Assembly (NCBI GenBank): GCA_049975485.1
Contig: JBNGDC010000001.1
Coordinates: 144,996-208,995, forward strand
Direction of reading: 5' to 3'
DNA from: Phycisphaerae bacterium
Lineage (GTDB): Bacteria; Planctomycetota; Phycisphaerae; SM23-33
DNA: 64,000 bases
Part shown: positions 33,013 through 43,137 of the stretch, in pieces
Layout of the letters: every line of letters begins with the position of its first letter
Position numbering within the stretch: the stretch's first letter is position 1
The notes under the pieces: model-generated
The model's database searches: none
The model's input: only the letters and a program-made list of their open reading frames with translations
Told to the model about the DNA's origin: nothing
Translations under genes and position numbers: made by a program

Positions 33013-35679
33013 TCAGTCGCGGAAGGGGCCCAGGTCGCGATACAGCAGTCGCGAACCTGTCGGAATGTTCCCGTACTCCTCGAATAGCAGCAGTTCGTTC
33101 TCTTCCTCGAACAGGCAGCCGGGCAGATAGTAATCCTCCTGCGGGCCGACGGTCCAGAACCGCCCGACGTTGTGCCCGTTGAGCAGAATCTGCCCTTTCC
33201 TGGCGCCAACGATGTGCAGAAACAGCGGACGGTCCGGCTCTGAACACTTGAACGTGGCGCGGTACCACGCCGGCATGTCCTTGCCCACGACGCGTCCCGC
33301 TTCCTGGGGCACGCTCCAGGGGCGGTAGGACCACTTGGCGCCGGCCGTTATGTCCTCCTGAAGCTCGTGCAGTTCGATACCCTTCAGTGCGGTCTCGGTC
33401 ACGTCGCCCCACAGCAGTATGGTCAGGCGGTTCTTGCCCTTGCGAAGCTCCGAGCCGAGCGTTACGTCGGCGAAATTCCGTCCTGTAGAGGGGAAGAAGC
33501 CCACCGTCCTGTCGTTGCAGAGAATGGCGAAATGGTGGGGCACGTCCCGCAGGCAGAGGTGCACGGGCGTAACGGTCTTCAGAGAAATATCCAGCTCTGC
33601 GGAGTAAACCGGCATTTTGAGAAGCTCATCAAGATAGCTACTCAAGGCCCGTGGTATGATCCTTCTGCTGAAGCTCTCCTGCTGCTTGATGCGCAGTTTG
33701 CCGGTTCGCATCGAACGGGCGTCCCAGATGGGACCGAAAAGCCCTTTCTGCTCGCCAAGTGTAGGCCCGTCCGCGAAACGCCCCATGTTATCGACCAGCA
33801 GCGTAAGGACGTTCATGCCCCGCTTGAACGAAACGTCTATGGGTGAGCGGGTAGCGCCGTCGCCGCGGCCCCAGACGCCGGCAAGTTCGCCATTGTGGAA
33901 TATGATGGCCCTGTCTTCGCAGTCCGGCAGAAGCAGTTTGCGCTTCTTGGCGCGGGGTTGCTCGACCTCCGCCCGGTACCACACATACCCGTAATGCACG
34001 CCCAGGCGGTCTGCGTCACGGGGCCTGTCGAGCTTCTCCCACGGAAGCTCCTCGTCCAGTGGCTCGTTGCACACCAGTATCCGCGTCCACTTGCCCAGGC
34101 GGGGTGGCTGGCTCTTGCGCTCCGCGGGCGGCTTGGACTTCCTGCGGCTGATTTTGCCGTCGATCAATGAGAGCGTCGTGACCTGCCTGGCCTTGCCCCA
34201 GGTAAGGTCCTCCGCCGTCTCGCCGACGAACTCCGGACCGAAGATGATGCTGTCCTCTATCGGCCAGGTGCGCATGGCCAGTTCGCTTGACAGCAGCACT
34301 ATGGTCACACCCTCATGCTCAATGAGCTTCGGTTCATCGCCGGACGGGACCTTTGCGGAAACTTCCCTGGTGTTGATGCTGATGCGGGCCTCGAAGCCCG
34401 CCGGGCCGTGTAGCAGCAGATACTTCTCCGCGAAAAGTCCCAGGGGTGTCAGGTTTGCATAGTCCAGCTCGGCCTGTTCGTTCAGCAGCAGGTCCATGGG
34501 CACCAACACCGCCCCCAGCGGCTCCAGCGGCACGGTGAGCTTCGTACCGTCCGGCAGTGTCAGCCCGGCCTGTTCGGTGTGGCGGGAGCCGTTGCTGGTA
34601 ACCACGGCCCAGGCGCCGGCGTGCCCGGCGGTGTTGAGCACGTCGGTTCCGTCGGTAATCCTGGCGCCGGCCTCGGGCATGACGCTGCCGGCAAGGAACC
34701 TTCCCATGTGCGTGGCGGTGAGGTTCACCAGTCGGGTGGTGTAGAACTTTTCGGTCAGTCCGCCGCCCTCTGACACGGGGGAGTCCAGGTCGTAGCTGGT
34801 GGCACAGAAGGCGTCGTCGCCGTCGGCGAGGCGTCCGCCGCGGAAGTCGAAGTTCGTCCCGCCGCAGTAGGTGTAGTAGTTCACCTGGGCGCCGCAGCCG
34901 ATCGCCTCCAGCATCAGCCGGGCCACGTCCGCCGGTTCATGCGAGAAGTGCTTGCGTCCCCACGCATCCGCCCACGTCGGACAGAATTGCGAGAGTATCA
35001 GCGGGCGGTTGGGTTGTCGGCGTCGCAGTTGGTTCAGTCGGCTGACCACATCTTCGCCGGCGGCCGCACATTCGATGCTGTTGGACGCCGGGGGGTCGGT
35101 GAAGTCGTTGCAGTTGATTATCGGAATATCGAAGCCCGACCGGCGGAACAACTGGTTGATGAATTCCAGATAGTTCTGCCTGTCCGGCATCGTGGTCATC
35201 CAGTAGCGATGCTCATTCTGGATGAGAATTATGTTCCCGCCGCGTGTTACCTGCAGCTCCGCCAGGCGGGGCAGAACCTGGCCGAGGTACTTGTCGCTGT
35301 AGTGCATGAACGCGGCGTTGCTGGTGCGATAGCTGATCCCGCCCTTGGTGGTCAGCCACGCCGGAAGCCCGCCGAAGTCTAGGTCCGCCCCGATATAAGG
35401 ACCGGCCCGAAGTATCACGTACAGCCCCAACTCCGCGGCGAGGCGGACGAACTCCACTATGTCCCTGTCGCCGGAGAATCGCCACTTGCCCTCATGCGGC
35501 TCGTGGAAGTTCCAGGCGATCGGCGTGGCGACGCAGTTTAGCCCCCCGCGACGCGCCTTCAGCAGACGGTCGGGCCAGCATTCCGCGGGTATGCGGAAGT
35601 AGTGCACCTCGCCGCTGGACAGCCAGACTGGCTTGCCATCGACAAGGAAACAACGGTCGTCATTTGTGACAGTCGGCAT
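33013..35679 (-). CDS. glycoside hydrolase family 35 beta-galactosidase
   Basis: GPYIGADLDFGGLPAWL is the GH35 signature, with catalytic-region IQNEHRY. 888 aa with no signal peptide. Confidence 0.8.
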   Translation of the reverse strand: MPTVTNDDRCFLVDGKPVWLSSGEVHYFRIPAECWPDRLLKARRGGLNCVATPIAWNFHEPHEGKWRFSGDRDIVEFVRLAAELGLYVILRAGPYIGADLDFGGLPAWLTTKGGISYRTSNAAFMHYSDKYLGQVLPRLAELQVTRGGNIILIQNEHRYWMTTMPDRQNYLEFINQLFRRSGFDIPIINCNDFTDPPASNSIECAAAGEDVVSRLNQLRRRQPNRPLILSQFCPTWADAWGRKHFSHEPADVARLMLEAIGCGAQVNYYTYCGGTNFDFRGGRLADGDDAFCATSYDLDSPVSEGGGLTEKFYTTRLVNLTATHMGRFLAGSVMPEAGARITDGTDVLNTAGHAGAWAVVTSNGSRHTEQAGLTLPDGTKLTVPLEPLGAVLVPMDLLLNEQAELDYANLTPLGLFAEKYLLLHGPAGFEARISINTREVSAKVPSGDEPKLIEHEGVTIVLLSSELAMRTWPIEDSIIFGPEFVGETAEDLTWGKARQVTTLSLIDGKISRRKSKPPAERKSQPPRLGKWTRILVCNEPLDEELPWEKLDRPRDADRLGVHYGYVWYRAEVEQPRAKKRKLLLPDCEDRAIIFHNGELAGVWGRGDGATRSPIDVSFKRGMNVLTLLVDNMGRFADGPTLGEQKGLFGPIWDARSMRTGKLRIKQQESFSRRIIPRALSSYLDELLKMPVYSAELDISLKTVTPVHLCLRDVPHHFAILCNDRTVGFFPSTGRNFADVTLGSELRKGKNRLTILLWGDVTETALKGIELHELQEDITAGAKWSYRPWSVPQEAGRVVGKDMPAWYRATFKCSEPDRPLFLHIVGARKGQILLNGHNVGRFWTVGPQEDYYLPGCLFEEENELLLFEEYGNIPTGSRLLYRDLGPFRD

Positions 35680-36092
35680 CGTTCGGCCCCTGTCAACACC
35701 GGAGATAGCTAAGTTTTACGAAGTGCTTAGATTGCAGAGAGTGTATGCATCGGCTGCTCCCATGCAATAAAAAACGCCCGCGTCCGCGGGTTTATCACCG
35801 GCGAGATGAGGGCCGGCTGTGCCGTTAGTCGCAGTTACTAGCTTATGTCATAAGGGTTTAGGTCAGGCCACAGGCCGCTATCCAGTTAGCTGAGGAATAT
35901 CAGTCTTTTGGTGTAACATCTGTTTGCAGCAGCGCTTAATATGGAGTGGATGTGTTGTGCTGGGTTATTGCAGATACTGGTGGTATATGCTCGACGGATT
36001 TCTTTTACACTTGACAGGCATGTAAGGGTCAGGTTAGGAAAGGCATTGATGACACTTTCAGTGGCGGCAAGGCCAGGTAGAGGGGTCTGCGA

Positions 36093-37520
36093 ATGAGCGT
36101 ACTGACAAACGGCAGACGTGGCGTGGCTCGTAAGAAGCTGTACGATTTTTATAAGGAAGTCATTACGCCCAATGAGCACCTGAACCGGGGTATCGTCAGC
36201 TTTCAGGGGAATAAGCGGGAGCCGTTTTACCGGTGGTTTAAGTACAAGGAGGGGTTTTCCTCTCATCTAGTAGCGTATTTCCTTCAGTCCACAGGTTTAT
36301 CCGAAGGGACATTACTCGATCCGTTCGCCGGCGCGGGTACGTCGTTGTTCGCAGCTCGGGATTCCGGATGGCGGGCCTTGGGAATCGAATTGCATCCTGT
36401 GCCGCTTTTCGCGATAGAGGCACGTCTTGCTGGAGAATCCCTCGACGGGGCCCGCTTCAACCTGGCGGTCGAGAGGGTGGAGAACAGGGCGTACGAGAGA
36501 CAGCCGGAAGATAAACCGGGTTTTCCGCACCTTAACATCACCAGTGGCGCTTTCCCGCCCTTAAACGAGCAACGTCTTATGGCCTACTGGCATTACTGCC
36601 TGAGTCATGTGAAAGACCCGAGTGTGCGGAAGGTCCTGCAGTTTGCCGCGCTTTGTGTACTGGAGGATATAAGCTATACGAGGAAGGACGGTCAGTACTT
36701 GCGATGGGATGCTCGAAGTCCGAAAAAACGCGGTAAAGGCGCGTTTATCAAAGGGCAGATCGCTGATTTTCACGACGCAATCACGGCAAAGCTACGGATT
36801 ATCAGCTCGGACCTGAGGACCTTGTCCGGCAGCGGGCATTTGTTCAGGCCGACCAGACTGACACGCGGTCCGGTGGATATGTGGGAGGGGTCCTGCCTGA
36901 ATGTGCTTCCCGAAATGTCTTCGGATTCGGTGGACCTGGTTGTCACTTCGCCTCCTTACTGCAACCGCTATGACTATACGCGGACCTACGCCCTGGAGCT
37001 TGCATTACTCGGGCGAAACGAAGAGCAGGTGAAAGGGCTGAGGCAATCCCTTCTTTCCTGCACCGTTGAGAATCGCGCCAAGCGCGAGCAGATTAAGACG
37101 GCTTACGAAGCCCGGTCGGGGCGTGAGGCGTTTGATTTTGTAGAGCAATGCTTTGATTCGGTGGATGCATTGCATGAAGTGCTGGAGATTCTCGAAAGTT
37201 TCGGAAGGGACAATGCTCTCAATAACACAAATATCCCGCGAATGGTGCGGAATTATTTCTACGAGATGAGCTTCGTTATCTACGAGCTTGCTCGTGTTAT
37301 GCGGGCTGAAGGAAAGGTAGTTATGGTTAACGACAACGTTCGCTACGCCGGCGAGGAGGTGCCGGTTGACCTGATTCTGAGCGAACTTGCTCGACAGATG
37401 GGCTTTACCGTGGATAAGATATGGGTTCTGTCCAGAGGTAAGGGTAATAGCAGTCAACAGATGGGAATACATGGGCGAAGAGAGCTGCGAAAGTGCGTAT
37501 ATGTGTGGCAAAAGGAGTAA
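36093..37520 (+). CDS. site-specific DNA amino-methyltransferase (N6-A or N4-C), alpha-class motif order
   Basis: Motif I DPFAGAGTSLFAA (aa 77) and motif IV VVTSPPYCNRYDY (aa 289), with about 200 aa between them (candidate TRD). It lies in a low-GC island. Confidence 0.75.
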   Translation: MSVLTNGRRGVARKKLYDFYKEVITPNEHLNRGIVSFQGNKREPFYRWFKYKEGFSSHLVAYFLQSTGLSEGTLLDPFAGAGTSLFAARDSGWRALGIELHPVPLFAIEARLAGESLDGARFNLAVERVENRAYERQPEDKPGFPHLNITSGAFPPLNEQRLMAYWHYCLSHVKDPSVRKVLQFAALCVLEDISYTRKDGQYLRWDARSPKKRGKGAFIKGQIADFHDAITAKLRIISSDLRTLSGSGHLFRPTRLTRGPVDMWEGSCLNVLPEMSSDSVDLVVTSPPYCNRYDYTRTYALELALLGRNEEQVKGLRQSLLSCTVENRAKREQIKTAYEARSGREAFDFVEQCFDSVDALHEVLEILESFGRDNALNNTNIPRMVRNYFYEMSFVIYELARVMRAEGKVVMVNDNVRYAGEEVPVDLILSELARQMGFTVDKIWVLSRGKGNSSQQMGIHGRRELRKCVYVWQKE

Positions 37521-37560
37521 GCACACCCGTGCAACTATGGACGGCGGAGAGAGGTAAAGG

Positions 37561-38532
37561 ATGAGTAACGGGCCCCCCGGCTGCGATGACCAGTTGATTA
37601 AGGCGTTAACCGCTGCCTATACGGCTCGATCCAAACTTTTTCACGAAGGCGTGAGAAGCTGCAATATTGACCTGCTGATAGCGGAGATCGACGCTCTGGA
37701 TTCAGAGAGCTTGTGCTGGGATTTGGGTACTGTGGGAATCTCGGCGACGTCATGGAAGAAAGTGAAGGAAAGTGGAGCCGTTCCGGAGCAGGTCTTTGTT
37801 CATCCGGATGTGATCGTGAAGAACCCGTCCCTGATCGCCTACTACCGGAACATGGCGACCATATCAAACAAGGGGATGGGTCAGCTATTGTTCTCGACCA
37901 TCGGGTATGAGAAGGGCTCGGGTCGGCAGATCGGGCGGGACCGTGCCGAGGAGTTAAGCCGCGTGCTTAACGGAATCATATCCAACGTAATAGACTCGGT
38001 GGCCGACTACGACGTGCAGGTTAGCCGTAAGGCAATCCTAGCCGAAATCGGCGCCCAGCTTCAGGGCACTTGGGCGAATTTGATAGGTCAGGGGGCGACA
38101 AACCAAGTGGAGCAGATAATTCGGGATCACATCGAGCGGCAGGATCGCGGCAGTCGCATCGAATCAGGTAGGTATCATCTGTCAAACGAATGGAAAATCA
38201 TCTTTGGTACCGAACCGGACGTTGCGTTCTTTGACAAAGATGGTCTATTGCGAATGGCAATCGAGATAAAAGGCAGCCTCGACAAGGCCGGTGCACAAAC
38301 GCGCTATGGAGAAGCCAAAAAGTCGTTTGCCAAGGCAATCAAAGAGAACCCGCGCTGCCATACGATTTATCTTGCTTCTTGTTTCACAGAGGCCGTCGTG
38401 GAGCAAATCAAGGCGGATGGGCAGGTCCGTGAGTGGTTCAACCTGACGTCGATTCTATACGACGATGGCGAGCGAGCCCATTTTCTCGAATCGGTTTTTC
38501 ATGTTGTTGATGCGCCATATCGTACCGGCTGA
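37561..38532 (+). CDS. putative type II restriction endonuclease (PD-(D/E)xK-like), partner of the upstream MTase
   Basis: 323 aa. VAFFDKDGLLRMAIEIKGS contains a D...EIK catalytic-like motif. There is no other homology. It is co-directional with the MTase, 40 bp downstream, and has the same low GC. Confidence 0.45.
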   Translation: MSNGPPGCDDQLIKALTAAYTARSKLFHEGVRSCNIDLLIAEIDALDSESLCWDLGTVGISATSWKKVKESGAVPEQVFVHPDVIVKNPSLIAYYRNMATISNKGMGQLLFSTIGYEKGSGRQIGRDRAEELSRVLNGIISNVIDSVADYDVQVSRKAILAEIGAQLQGTWANLIGQGATNQVEQIIRDHIERQDRGSRIESGRYHLSNEWKIIFGTEPDVAFFDKDGLLRMAIEIKGSLDKAGAQTRYGEAKKSFAKAIKENPRCHTIYLASCFTEAVVEQIKADGQVREWFNLTSILYDDGERAHFLESVFHVVDAPYRTG

Positions 38533-38566
38533 GCCAACGGCCTCCCATTCGCGGGCCCACAAGTCC

Positions 38567-39946
38567 TTATTGCGCTAACGGCTCAAGCTTGCACAGAAAA
38601 CTTGCCGAGGCATATGAGCCGCGGTAGAGCTGATCAAGACGGAAATGCTCGTTCGGGCCGTGGATGTTGTCGTCGCTGAGTCCGAAGCCCATCATTGCCG
38701 CGTCTATGCCCAGCAGTCGCTGTATAAGCTCCGCTATGGGCACGGAGCCGCCCGTGCGGATCATCGCGGGCTTGCGGCCGAACGCTTCCGAAAGCGCCGC
38801 CGCGGCCGCCTGGAGGGCGGGTGACTGCCGCGACAGCAGCACCGGACGGGCCGTCGAATACACCTTCAGTTCCGAACGGATGCCCGCGGGCGTGTTGTCG
38901 GCGATGAAACTCCGAAAACCCTCAAGTATCTTCTCCGGGTCCTGGTCGGGCACCAGACGAGTGGAGACCTTCGCCATGGCGCGTGCGGGGATGATGGTCT
39001 TGGCGCCGGGTTCGATGTAGCCCGAGACCAGGCCGTTGACGTCCAGTGTCGGTCTGGACCAGCGTCGTTCGAGCAAGTCCCGGCCGCTTTCACCGCCGGC
39101 AAGCTCCTTCACGCCCAGCCAGCGGGCGTATTCCGCCTCATCCAGCGGCAGTTCGCTCCAGAGACGCCGCTCGTCTTCGTCAAGCTCTCGTACGTCGTCG
39201 TAGAAGCACGGCAGGGTCACCCGGCCGTTCTCGTCGTGCATGCGGCCTATCAGCTTTGCCAGCGCGTTGGCGGGGTTGACCACGGCGCCGCCGTGCGAGC
39301 CGCTGTGCAGGTCGGCGGATGGTCCGTGAAAGGTGATTTCCACGTAAACGATGCCCCGCAGCCCGTACACCAGGCAGGGCAGGTCTGGGGCGAAGAACTC
39401 CGAGTCGCTTATCACGGCGGCGTCGGCCGAGAGCCGGTGTGCGTTCTCGGCGACGTAGGGTTCAAGGTTGGGCGAGGATACCTCCTCCTCGCCTTCCAGG
39501 AGCATCTTCACGTTCACCGGCAGCCCGCCGCCGGCATTCTGCCAGGCCTCCATCGCCATTATGTGCGTGTAGAGCTGGCCCTTGTCGTCGTTGGCGCCGC
39601 GTGCATAGACCGCCCCGTCGCGGATGGACGGCTCGAACGGAGGCGTGTCCCACTCATCCAGAGGATCCGCGGGCTGGACGTCGTAATGGCCGTAGATAAG
39701 CACGGTGGGGGCGTTCTCGTGCGTGCGGGCCTCGGCGAAAACGACCGGCCTGCCGCCGGTCGGCTCGATGCTCGCCGAAAGTCCGATGCGCTGCAGGCGT
39801 GCGACGAGCCACTCGGCCGCCTGCCTGCAGCGGTCCGGCTCGCGACGGACGTTGGCGATACTGGGTATCCGCAGCAGCTCACACAACTCCGAAAGATGCC
39901 TCTCACGATTGGCATCCAGGTACTCCCTGACGGGTGTGGGCAGCAT
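38567..39946 (-). CDS. M20 family metallopeptidase (dipeptidase / ArgE-DapE-CPG2-like)
   Basis: IYGHYDVQPADPLDEWDTPPFEP, GANDDKGQ and dimerisation-domain features. 459 aa. Confidence 0.75.
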   Translation of the reverse strand: MLPTPVREYLDANRERHLSELCELLRIPSIANVRREPDRCRQAAEWLVARLQRIGLSASIEPTGGRPVVFAEARTHENAPTVLIYGHYDVQPADPLDEWDTPPFEPSIRDGAVYARGANDDKGQLYTHIMAMEAWQNAGGGLPVNVKMLLEGEEEVSSPNLEPYVAENAHRLSADAAVISDSEFFAPDLPCLVYGLRGIVYVEITFHGPSADLHSGSHGGAVVNPANALAKLIGRMHDENGRVTLPCFYDDVRELDEDERRLWSELPLDEAEYARWLGVKELAGGESGRDLLERRWSRPTLDVNGLVSGYIEPGAKTIIPARAMAKVSTRLVPDQDPEKILEGFRSFIADNTPAGIRSELKVYSTARPVLLSRQSPALQAAAAALSEAFGRKPAMIRTGGSVPIAELIQRLLGIDAAMMGFGLSDDNIHGPNEHFRLDQLYRGSYASASFLCKLEPLAQ

Positions 39947-40033
39947 TCCAGGACTCCTTTAAGCGCTGCAAAGCCGGTCGGACGCACCGGGGGCATGCAG
40001 ACCTCTCTGCCACAAGTCAGGTGAACCGGGCCG

Positions 40034-40633
40034 CTATTTCCGCCGGGACCACCATCGCTTCTTTGACTTTTTCCGGTCGGCCTGGACCGACTTTGCCATC
40101 GTATTGAGCTTGGGCAGTTTTGACCGCATGTCCAGGAGCTTCCGGCGGGCGAAGCTTTCGGGGTGTTGGTGGAAGGCCTCGCGACTGGACTCGGTAAAGA
40201 ATGCCGAAGGGTCCGGCAGCTCGTCGTCTTCGCCGTAGAACTTAAGGGCCTCCCGCAGGCAAAGTGCCGCCCGGTAGCCCAGCAGCCGACGTTCGCGAGG
40301 CGGGGTATTGTCGTCGGCCGCCTTCTCCAGATGCCGGTAAAACAAGCTCAGCCATTGTGCCACGTCGATGAGTCCGCTGGGGGCGTCCGAGGCGCTGATG
40401 AGTTCGGCGTCCTCCTCTCTGCCGCTGCTGTCGCAGACGAATTCAAAGGTCTTCTCATGCCCGCACGACTTGCATCGCGCCTTAATGCTCAGCTTGTCGC
40501 CGGCCTCGGCGACTTCGGTGGTGTCGTCCAGCAGCCACGGGCCTTTCCCGCAGTTCGGGCAGGGCGTGACCATCAGGAAATACTTGGCCTCGTTCTCCGT
40601 TGCCGCATGGGGAAGGTCAGTCATCATCGCCAC
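40034..40633 (-). CDS. hypothetical zinc-ribbon protein
   Basis: CPNCGKG...CKSCGH four-Cys knuckle pair, then a helical acidic region and a basic tail (KKSKKRWWSRRK). Confidence 0.4.
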   Translation of the reverse strand: MAMMTDLPHAATENEAKYFLMVTPCPNCGKGPWLLDDTTEVAEAGDKLSIKARCKSCGHEKTFEFVCDSSGREEDAELISASDAPSGLIDVAQWLSLFYRHLEKAADDNTPPRERRLLGYRAALCLREALKFYGEDDELPDPSAFFTESSREAFHQHPESFARRKLLDMRSKLPKLNTMAKSVQADRKKSKKRWWSRRK

Positions 40634-40879
40634 TCCGGCCTATTGCTTACGCTCGCGTCCGACTTCCTCGACGGCCCGGCACCGGTCTGCGGGCAAGCCG
40701 GCGTCCGGGTCGGCTTCCGCCGGCGGCGGAGTCGCGAGCGGGGATTTTTCGTGTCACTTTCGACCACCTGCTGAATCAACCCCGCCGTAACCGCCGACAA
40801 GCAGCACCCATATCACCACGGACCGTGGGACGCGCCGGCGCAACATGGCTGTTGCTTTCCCCTCCTCCAAAAGTGTGCA

Positions 40880-41806
40880 TCAGTTCGGGGTTTCCAGCTC
40901 GTCGTCCTCTACATCCTCGGCGGTCGGCGCCGGCTCGGACTCCTCCGGCGGTTCGTGCTCGTCCGCACGGGCTATGCCGAGCTGCTCGAGGGCATTGCCT
41001 TCCACCATCGCCCGGAGCTTCTCCCGCGGGACCGACGGAAGATTTGTGCCCTGCGTAACCTCGTAGAGCCGATAGACGCTCTCGATTGCCTCGGCCGCCC
41101 GCATGTAGGGGAAGTCGCTGCCGAACAGCACCTTGTCCATTACGTTGTATTGGTGCGCCAGCACCAGCGCGTTGTACGCCTGCCAGGGGCGGTGTATAAG
41201 CCCGGCTATGCCCGCGAAGACGCGCTCGTGCTTGCCGATAAGGGCTATGCACTCCTCCACCCACGGATGGCCCATCGACGCCACAACGATGGTCAGCGAC
41301 GGAAACTCCCGGGCGATTTCGTCCAGCAGCAACGGCCGGGCGTACTCCATACGGTCCTCGCTGCGAAAGTGCGTGCCCTGGTGCAGGAAGATGGGCGCTT
41401 TGAGCCGGTCGGCCAGTTCGTAGAGTTTCATGGCCCGGCTGTCGGCGGGGTGGAAGTGCTGCGAAGCGGGGCTGATGGTGATGGCGCGAAATTCATCCTT
41501 TGCGAGCAGTTCCTCGGCCGTCTCGACCGAGCCGTCCTCCAGGGGGTCGATCCCGGCGACCCCGACCATGGTGTCGCTGTGCGCGGCGACGTGCCTGGCG
41601 ATAAGCTCGTTGGGCACGCCCGCGTTCAGCGACGCGCTGCGGTAGCCCAGCACCAGCGTTTTATCGACGCACTCGGCGGCCGTGGCGTGGGTTTGGGGAT
41701 CGGCGGGCATATTCTCCCTGCCGCTCTGGCGACGCAGGTATTTTTGCGCATCGCGCCCGAGCTGGTCGGGACTTGTCCAGATATGCGTGTGACAGTCGCA
41801 AATCAT
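40880..41806 (-). CDS. amidohydrolase-2 family metal-dependent hydrolase (TIM barrel)
   Basis: MICDCHTHIW is the N-terminal metal-binding HxH signature. 308 aa from the chosen start, with an acidic C-terminal tail. Confidence 0.6.
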   Translation of the reverse strand: MICDCHTHIWTSPDQLGRDAQKYLRRQSGRENMPADPQTHATAAECVDKTLVLGYRSASLNAGVPNELIARHVAAHSDTMVGVAGIDPLEDGSVETAEELLAKDEFRAITISPASQHFHPADSRAMKLYELADRLKAPIFLHQGTHFRSEDRMEYARPLLLDEIAREFPSLTIVVASMGHPWVEECIALIGKHERVFAGIAGLIHRPWQAYNALVLAHQYNVMDKVLFGSDFPYMRAAEAIESVYRLYEVTQGTNLPSVPREKLRAMVEGNALEQLGIARADEHEPPEESEPAPTAEDVEDDELETPN

Positions 41807-41972
41807 CGGCTGCTTGTTCCTTCTGCCGCAGCGGAGCACAACGCTCCGCACAGGACGGGTATTTTAGGAACGTCCATACCGTTACGCAACGGCCCGCCGG
41901 CACCGGATGGCGGGTGGAACAACCCGCTTGCCGCCGCAGCGGGCCGAACGTATCATCCCGCCGGCACGAAAC

Positions 41973-42674
41973 ATGGTCATTTCACACAAGTACCGGTTCA
42001 TCTTCATAAAGACCCGCAAGACGGCGGGGACCAGCATAGAGAGCTATCTGTCCACATTGTGCGACGAGACGGACGTCTTCGCACCCATAAAGGACGCAGA
42101 CCCCGGCGAACACCGCGCCAGGAATTTTGCGGGTTTTTTCAACCCGCTGCCGGAGATACTCGCCTCGCTGCGGCGTTTCAGCCGCGCGATGCGGCACCTT
42201 CGGCACCGCAACCGCTACTACAACCACATGGACGCCTACGTCGTTCGCGCTCGGACACCCCGCAGGATATGGCGGAGCTACCTCAAATTCTGCGTGGAGC
42301 GCAACCCCTGGGACAAGACGCTTTCCCATTACCACTTCATAGCTACGGTGAGAAAAGACCGCTTCGGCGTCATGTCGCTGGATGAGTACTTTCAGCGGGG
42401 TTTCAACTGTGTGAATTACCCCAAGTACACCGAGCCGGGCGAACCGTCCCGCCTCATTGTGGACCGCGTGCTCAGGTACGAGTCGCTCAACGAGGAACTG
42501 GCCGAAGTGTTCGCAGACCTGGGCGTTCCGTTCGAAGGGCGGCTTGGCGTTCGCGCCAAAGGAGACCTGCGCAAAGACAGGCGGCCCTACCAGGAGGTGT
42601 TGACGGAGGAACAGGCGGCGACCATCGCGCGGTTGCATCGGCCGGAAATCGAGTTGATGGGCTACGAGTTCTGA
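41973..42674 (+). CDS. sulfotransferase family protein
   Basis: HKYRFIFIKTRKTAGTSIESYL is a PAPS 5-prime-phosphosulfate binding loop, as in the Sulfotransfer_3-type family. The start is uncertain (41907 or 41973). Confidence 0.55.
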   Translation: MVISHKYRFIFIKTRKTAGTSIESYLSTLCDETDVFAPIKDADPGEHRARNFAGFFNPLPEILASLRRFSRAMRHLRHRNRYYNHMDAYVVRARTPRRIWRSYLKFCVERNPWDKTLSHYHFIATVRKDRFGVMSLDEYFQRGFNCVNYPKYTEPGEPSRLIVDRVLRYESLNEELAEVFADLGVPFEGRLGVRAKGDLRKDRRPYQEVLTEEQAATIARLHRPEIELMGYEF

Positions 42675-42698
42675 CCGGGGCCGCGGCCGACAGGGCGT

Positions 42699-42989
42699 TC
42701 AGGCGTCTTCCTGCTCATCGGCGTCTGCCGGTTCGGGAAGCTCGCCCGATTTGCTCAGCTCGCCGCTTTCGGTTTCTGAGAGTAGCTGTATTTTCCGCTC
42801 GGCTTCGTCCAGTATCGAGCGGCACTGCTTGATGAGCTTGATGCCTTGGGCGTATTTGTCTATGGATTCCTCCAGCGATACCTCGCCGGATTCGATCTGC
42901 TCAACGATCTTCTCAAGCTGTTCGAGGGCCTGCTCGAAGGTGACCTTTTGTTCGGCGTCGCCGGTCTGGTCCTGTTGCTTTCTAGCCAT
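42699..42989 (-). CDS. xseB: exodeoxyribonuclease VII small subunit
   Basis: FEQALEQLEKIVEQIESGEVSLEESIDKYAQGIKLIKQCRSIL, located immediately downstream of xseA. Confidence 0.85.
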   Translation of the reverse strand: MARKQQDQTGDAEQKVTFEQALEQLEKIVEQIESGEVSLEESIDKYAQGIKLIKQCRSILDEAERKIQLLSETESGELSKSGELPEPADADEQEDA

Positions 42990-43137
42990 TTTGCGACTCT
43001 CCCTGTATGGGGCGTCGGAGATCACGGATTACACGGATGGAAACACGATTGCACCGATTCCTGTAAAATGCAATTCTCTGAGTAATCCTTCTCAATCTGT
43101 GTAATCTGCGGTCTCCACGTTCGACTACTGCACGTCG

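Noticed and set aside
35886-36266. 126-aa minus-strand ORF in the low-GC island
   Set aside because: It overlaps the MTase start and promoter region and has no motifs. It is probably spurious.
35680-38560. Low-GC island as a mobile element
   Set aside because: No integrase, transposase, inverted or direct terminal repeats, or tRNA attachment site are visible. It is treated as an HGT-derived R-M cassette only.
40955-42385. 476-aa plus-strand ORF
   Set aside because: It is antisense to the amidohydrolase and overlaps the sulfotransferase gene in another frame. Its Arg/Gly/His-rich translation fits a GC-artifact.
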